A program made the position numbers and the translations under genes. DNA of 62,961 bases, the filler included, from Globobulimina sp. (lineage: Eukaryota): assembly GCA_003354225.1 (NCBI GenBank). It is 23 parts of 23 records of this genome, joined end to end, with 100 filler letters (N's around TTAATTAATTAA, not from the genome) between each part and the next. Parts side by side here need not be neighbours in the genome. Positions count along the whole stretch, not along the records: positions 57,584 to 60,222 come from PIVH01005575.1; positions 60,323 to 62,961 come from PIVH01005576.1; 21 more parts are not named here. One strand, given 5' to 3'. The first letter of the stretch is position 1, and each line of letters begins with the position of its first letter. Under the pieces are notes generated by a model. It was given only the letters and a program-made list of their open reading frames with translations. It made no database searches and had not been told where the DNA came from. Positions 57,601 through 62,961 of the stretch are shown in pieces.

Positions 57601-60222
57601 AACAAAGTAATGAATTGGACGAGGTTTTTCATGGATTTCATCGCGCAAAACAATCAATAGCATTAACACATTCATGTTTTGACCAACCACAGGAATATCT
57701 GCTCGATTCTATAAATAGTCCTAAAATAGTAAAGCATCATAAAAAAAGAAAAAAAAAGAATAAGAATAAGGATAAGGATAAATATAAACATCAAAAAGAG
57801 AAAGAAGTGGTTGATGATGAAGCATCCAATGCCAATATGTATTATACTAAACTTGAAATTAGAGAAAAAGGATGGAAAAGGCATCAAAGAATAGCAACAT
57901 TGAATAAAATAGATATTCAGCCACCAATATCACCAAACGTGTCTTCGGCCTCATCCTCTAAGAAAAATAAAAAAAATAAAAAAAGCCATAAAAATCGTAA
58001 AAATCATAAAAAGCATAGTGATTCAGATGAATTTGCTGTATTTGATATTGCGGATTTTGCCAAACAAACTTATAAACACTACAACAATAACATAAAAAAA
58101 AAGAAATTCGAAAAACTAGAAAAAAAGAAAAGAAAAAAAGAAAGAAAACGCAAACTAAAAGAAAAACAGAAAGAAATCGAACGAATTGAACGTAAAATGT
58201 ATTCAACAAAAGACAAAAATATAACAAATAATACAAATGCAAGCAATACAAATGTAAATAAGAAGGGATTCAAATTTAAGTACAAACCCAAATATAGATC
58301 AAATACATCGAATATTAATTTATCAAATAAAATATTAAATAATTCAGAAACTTCCCCAGCAATGGCCATGTCCTCCGCTGTTTTTAATTATCAACAAGAA
58401 CAAAAAATAGAAATAGTTGATACGGATGATTTTCATATTGAAATTGAATCGAATAAAATAAAGATTCCTCCAAAACCAAAGCAAAAAGCAAAGCCAAAAG
58501 CAAAATCAAAACCAATTGCAACCATCTCACGCCATCATAATAATAATAATAATAATAATGCATCACCCACACCCACACCAACAGCAACAGCATCTATACC
58601 AAATATGCCCTCCACTCTGTCTGCACCACCCTCATTGCCGCCATATACGCATCATAACGATTTAAGAGATTCGTCCCCTTCTAGATCCAGCTCATCCTCT
58701 TCAAGTTCCTCATCAACATCCTCTGACGAGATAGAACTTAATATCGATGATCTTGTTATTTCAGAGATGGCGCCCTCGCGGGCCTCGCCATCGCCTGAAC
58801 CACTTCAACCGCATGCATATGAAACGCCATTTAATCACAATGACAATGACAATGGCAATGATGAAGTAAACCGGAGGATACCATCCATGGCTTTATCGTT
58901 AATGGATACAAATGAATATCATGACCCTTCGTTTTGGGGAAACCATGGTAATAATAATGATAACATACACAAGAACAGCAACAGCAGCAACAGTAGTAAT
59001 AGCAACAGCAGTATGAGTATGAGTATGCGTAGTATCTTGACCGAGGATGTGATGGATGAAAAAACTGAGACAAAGGTTAAATTACAGAAATTTGCCAAGA
59101 AACAGATATTTATTCAAGACATTCATGGTATATTTAATCCGAAATATAATAGCCGATGGATAAAGTTCTTACGAAGTGACAATGAGAATGCCGATGTGGT
59201 TGATAATGGTGATCAGAGTGAACATAGTGATCATTGGGAAGGATTAAGTATAAATAAACATATTTCATTGGTGCCTAAACTAATATTTTTAAGTAAATCA
59301 TTTTTTGAATCAAAAGAAGCAATTTTTATATTTAATTTAGTTTGCGAAGGTATAGAAACATTGATAAATTCAAAAGCAATTCGCATTAAAATGATGAAAC
59401 AGTTACATTTTGCATTCGAGAAAGCATTTAATATCGATTTGTATTCTGCAAAAAACTATTCCCAATTACAAGTATTAGAAAAACAAATATTATGGATTGG
59501 CAATGTTGTGGATAAATTAAAGAATAATCCCTTTCTATCCATAAAAGCATTTCATGACTGCCAAAAACAAAATAATTATATAAATGAGTTCAAGTCCCAG
59601 CTGAATGAGGAATTGATGCAATTATACCATCAACATTCCAAGCTAGCTAAACAAGAACAATTTCGCGCCACTGTAAAACTAAAAAAACTGAAAAAAATTC
59701 AAAAAAGAAAAGAAAAAAAAAGATTGTTTGGCTGGTTTAAACCACCACAGCAACAAACACCGCAACAGCCGCCCGAAGAAAAAGAGTATACAAATACAAA
59801 TATCACAGGCAATGGCAATGACAATGGTAATGGCAATACGCCCATGGGCCATTTAGATAATATCGCTGATATAGACATTGATAATTATTCATTGTATTTT
59901 ATTTTGCTATGTTTACTATTACGGCATTATAATAACGGACGTAATTTTTTATTATTTACAATCAGTCGAAGCTCGATTCGAATGACCGAGTTAGGCGATA
60001 AGATATTGGATATATTTGGGATTATCACTAAATGCGGGAATATATATCGTATATTATGTTATTTGAAGATTTGTATGAAAGTGTTATCGACGGAAGCATC
60101 CTATTTCGATGATATATTACAACGCTTATCCGATGTCCAGGAATATTTAATTATATCCAAAGATGAATTAATTAGATTGCGAGAGAAGTTAAATTTAAAA
60201 AAAATAATAAATACACTTAATA
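57601..60222 (+). CDS. Hypothetical low-complexity (K/S/N-rich) protein with a helical C-terminal region, partial at both ends
   Basis: More than 870 open codons. An in-frame TAA at 57588 followed by CTACAG at 57595-57600 suggests an exon starting at 57601. Confidence 0.7.
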
Positions 60223-60443
60223 NNNNNNNNNNNNNNNNNNNNNNNNNNNNNNNNNNNNNNNNNNNNTTAATTAATTAANNNNNNNNNNNNNNNNNNNNNN
60301 NNNNNNNNNNNNNNNNNNNNNNTTAATTTTACGGTTTTTACCTATTTTTGGCGTCTATAATCCAATGCTGACGAGTTGGGGTCATTTATCGTTTATAATC
60401 CAAATAATCGTTTATAAACTTCACTCTTTATTTTGTTTGAGTC

Positions 60444-62961
60444 ATGGCGCCTTCGGATATTATTTCCCAACATCAACAAAACTGGAAACATGTTGCTCCG
60501 ATCCTTATAATGCGTGAATTTTCGGGACCGTGTGCATGTATGACGCTGCAACACAAATGGAAAAGATATGTTGATTGGGTTCAAATCGAAGGCGGTTATA
60601 TCCATCCATGGATAGAACTTAGTTATGTCCATAGATATCAAGACAGCCAACCTTCAAAAGACGAAAACCAATCCAACCAATTAACCAACACCAAACACAA
60701 AAACTAAAAAGAAAGAATGAGAATAAGCCAATTGATTATACAAAAACGATTACAATTGATTATACAAAAAAATGCATTTACATCGCAAGATAATATAACA
60801 GATTATTGTGCCAACTCCACCATTAACAATATCACAATCGGAAATAATAAGGACGCCACGCACAAATAATGCAAATGCACACTGCAACAAATCAAGAGAT
60901 TATCCCTTAACAAAACACTCACGAATTGTTGCCATGGTTCGATGAATTTTTATTGACTGGCACTCGCGCATTGAATGTGGTGCATCAGTTAGAAAGGGAA
61001 TATTCCACAGCAAGGCCCTACATTGAACTGCTAGGCTTGACCGGGATGGACGTCCGCGAAGCTTTTGCGTGGATAAGTTCCCGTTCCTTTGGTATGAGTC
61101 TGGATAAAGTCGGTGGGGTAAAAGGTCACCAGTCATTCCGTGCGGCATTGATTTCTTTAATCATAACATTTTCGGAGACAGTTCGATTTATTACGACAGC
61201 GCGTTTGGAGCACATCGATTTCTGTATGACGGACACGTGCAAAATCAACAGGTGATTGAGAATTTAGTGTTGGAGCATAAACCTGACGGTATTTGACTAT
61301 TTTTGTGCATTTTCTATGACCTTTTTTCTGATTAATTTGTTGAATAAAAAGGTATTATTCGAGAGATTGACTTTGCTTCGAATTTTTTATGGGTGAATGC
61401 AGACATTGCGAATACTACGGAGATATTTGTGAATTATGGCAAACGGCATACGAGTGCATCGAGGCTGGCTTTGTTTGGGTTTATTGACGAGATTCATCCC
61501 TACGATCACTATTCAGTTCGGCTTACTTTGTTGGCACAGGATGAGAATGAATGGTTTAAACAGAAATATTTTAAAACTGAGTGGAATTCGACGTATACTC
61601 AACAAAATAAAACAAAATTAAAACCATACGAGGAAGACATGTGTTATGTGACACAATTTGACAGCTCATCGTGGTATAAATTGGGAAAAACTTTGCGTAA
61701 ACGTCAAAGCATGAAATCGAATTCCAATAAATATAAATTAGAACAACGAGTATATGCACCACCGTTAAAGATGGAGTACTATGGACAGCATATAATTAAA
61801 GTGTATGCCAATTTTCTTAGGTTTTTACGTTTGGCATATTTACCGCCAAAATATTTCGATTCTTTTACGATTTCAGCGATTTTGAATGATTTCGAATATG
61901 ATTATTTGTCTGCGGTGATTGATCCGTATATTGTAGTGACAGTAAATGATATTTGTAAGAATTTATTGGATCAATATCCAAGCAGTTATGGTGCGGATCA
62001 AATGCAATTAAAACAAATTGAACAGGATCGACAGCAAATATTGAAAGAACTGGAATTAAATATGAATAAAAATTTAACTAAAACGCAGCGATTAACGCAA
62101 ATTGTAACATCATTGGATAGACATTCGGTGGTATTACAATATCGAGTGAGAGAGAAATCGTTTTTGGATAAATGTAGTCGTTTAACATTCGAACCGACAC
62201 AAAAGTATTTGAATTCAGTTAAACGAAGGAAAGCTAAATTCAAATCTGCACAAAAAAAGAAGAAACAAATAATGTCAGCTGATCATGAGAATAGTATAGG
62301 TTTTGAAGAATTGCTTTCAACTTTGAACTTTTCGAGTTTCCTGCCGTTTAATTCCAATCCCCGGCAGAACAAAGGAGCAAACACCACAGTCAATGGCGGC
62401 AATAATAGCAATGTTAGCTTTGCCACTCAGTTTTTTAATATATCTCAATATGAAACAAATGGAGCGGATATAAATTATGTTGAATTATTGAAACAAATCG
62501 CAGAGATGTTGGTTGATTCTGATATTGACATTGAAATATTTGCAGACTTTGATGAAACAGCAATGCATAATATCAATAATGCCATACAGCCGAATGTGGA
62601 CAACCATGATGTCGATGATATGTTGGATGAAAGTGAACATATTGGCGGTGACATTGGAGGGGATATGGATGGAACGCCAAGTGTTGTGAGTAAGAGGAAG
62701 TTAGTTATTGGTCATCCAAAAAAGGCAAAACAAGTAATGGCTGAGACATTTGGCTGGAATTCACCCACAGCGGGTCTTGGAAGTAACGTAGAAATGACGT
62801 TTACGAATATTGACGGAGAACCATTCGATTTAACAGCATTGTTTGGTGGGAGGACGTCGTTTACATTGAATGGTGCCAATATACAGGTTAATAATGGACA
62901 GATTGTTAACGTTGGAAATGGTCATAACCAAATTGGAAATAATATTAATGCTAATTTGTTG
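60444..62961 (+). pseudogene. SET-domain protein methyltransferase (Rubisco LSMT/SETD3/SETD6-like); 5' part disrupted, 3' part open
   Basis: Motifs in order: WVQIEGGYIHP, AFAWISSRSF, then a frame change near 61115, IPCGIDFFNH, a 63-nt intron at 61289-61351, EIFVNYG...LFGF...PYD, LRFLRL, YPSSY..D, QYRVREK.FL. In-frame TAAs at 60705 and 60908. 61352-62961 is stop-free and absent from the supplied ORF track. Confidence 0.75.

Overview
This window is not a contiguous locus. It is 23 unrelated contigs of 2,639-2,645 bp, in descending length order, joined by artificial 100-nt spacers (44 N + TTAATTAATTAA + 44 N), so gene neighbourhood only means something within a contig. The DNA is eukaryotic nuclear sequence: AT-rich and gene-dense, with short spliceosomal introns (mostly 54-77 nt, GT-AG). 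Recognisable genes include Pumilio, PI3K, formin, ATP9/Neo1 flippase, CaMK, TVP23, organellar ClpB and TraB, plus several F-box, SPRY, SAM and 7TM proteins. The style suggests a protist, possibly a foraminiferan or other rhizarian; this is inference and was not tested. The strongest signal is a plant-type organellar RNA-editing toolkit, with four PPR genes on three contigs. One is a P-L-S/E1/E2/DYW protein with an intact HxE(x25)CxxC deaminase site but a variant PG box. Another has no DYW domain and stops inside E2. Other highlights: (1) an intact, intron-containing Mutator/Phantom-type transposase 78 bp head-to-head with a linker-histone (H15-like) gene; (2) a 34-bp-arm palindrome with a GCGTAGC mini-hairpin, whose arm recurs on another contig; (3) a Pumilio response element downstream of the Pumilio gene itself; (4) a candidate GC-AG intron and an intron flanked by 8-bp direct repeats; (5) several frameshifted or nonsense-interrupted genes. 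I saw no rRNA, tRNA or CRISPR array. All calls were made by eye, without database searches.
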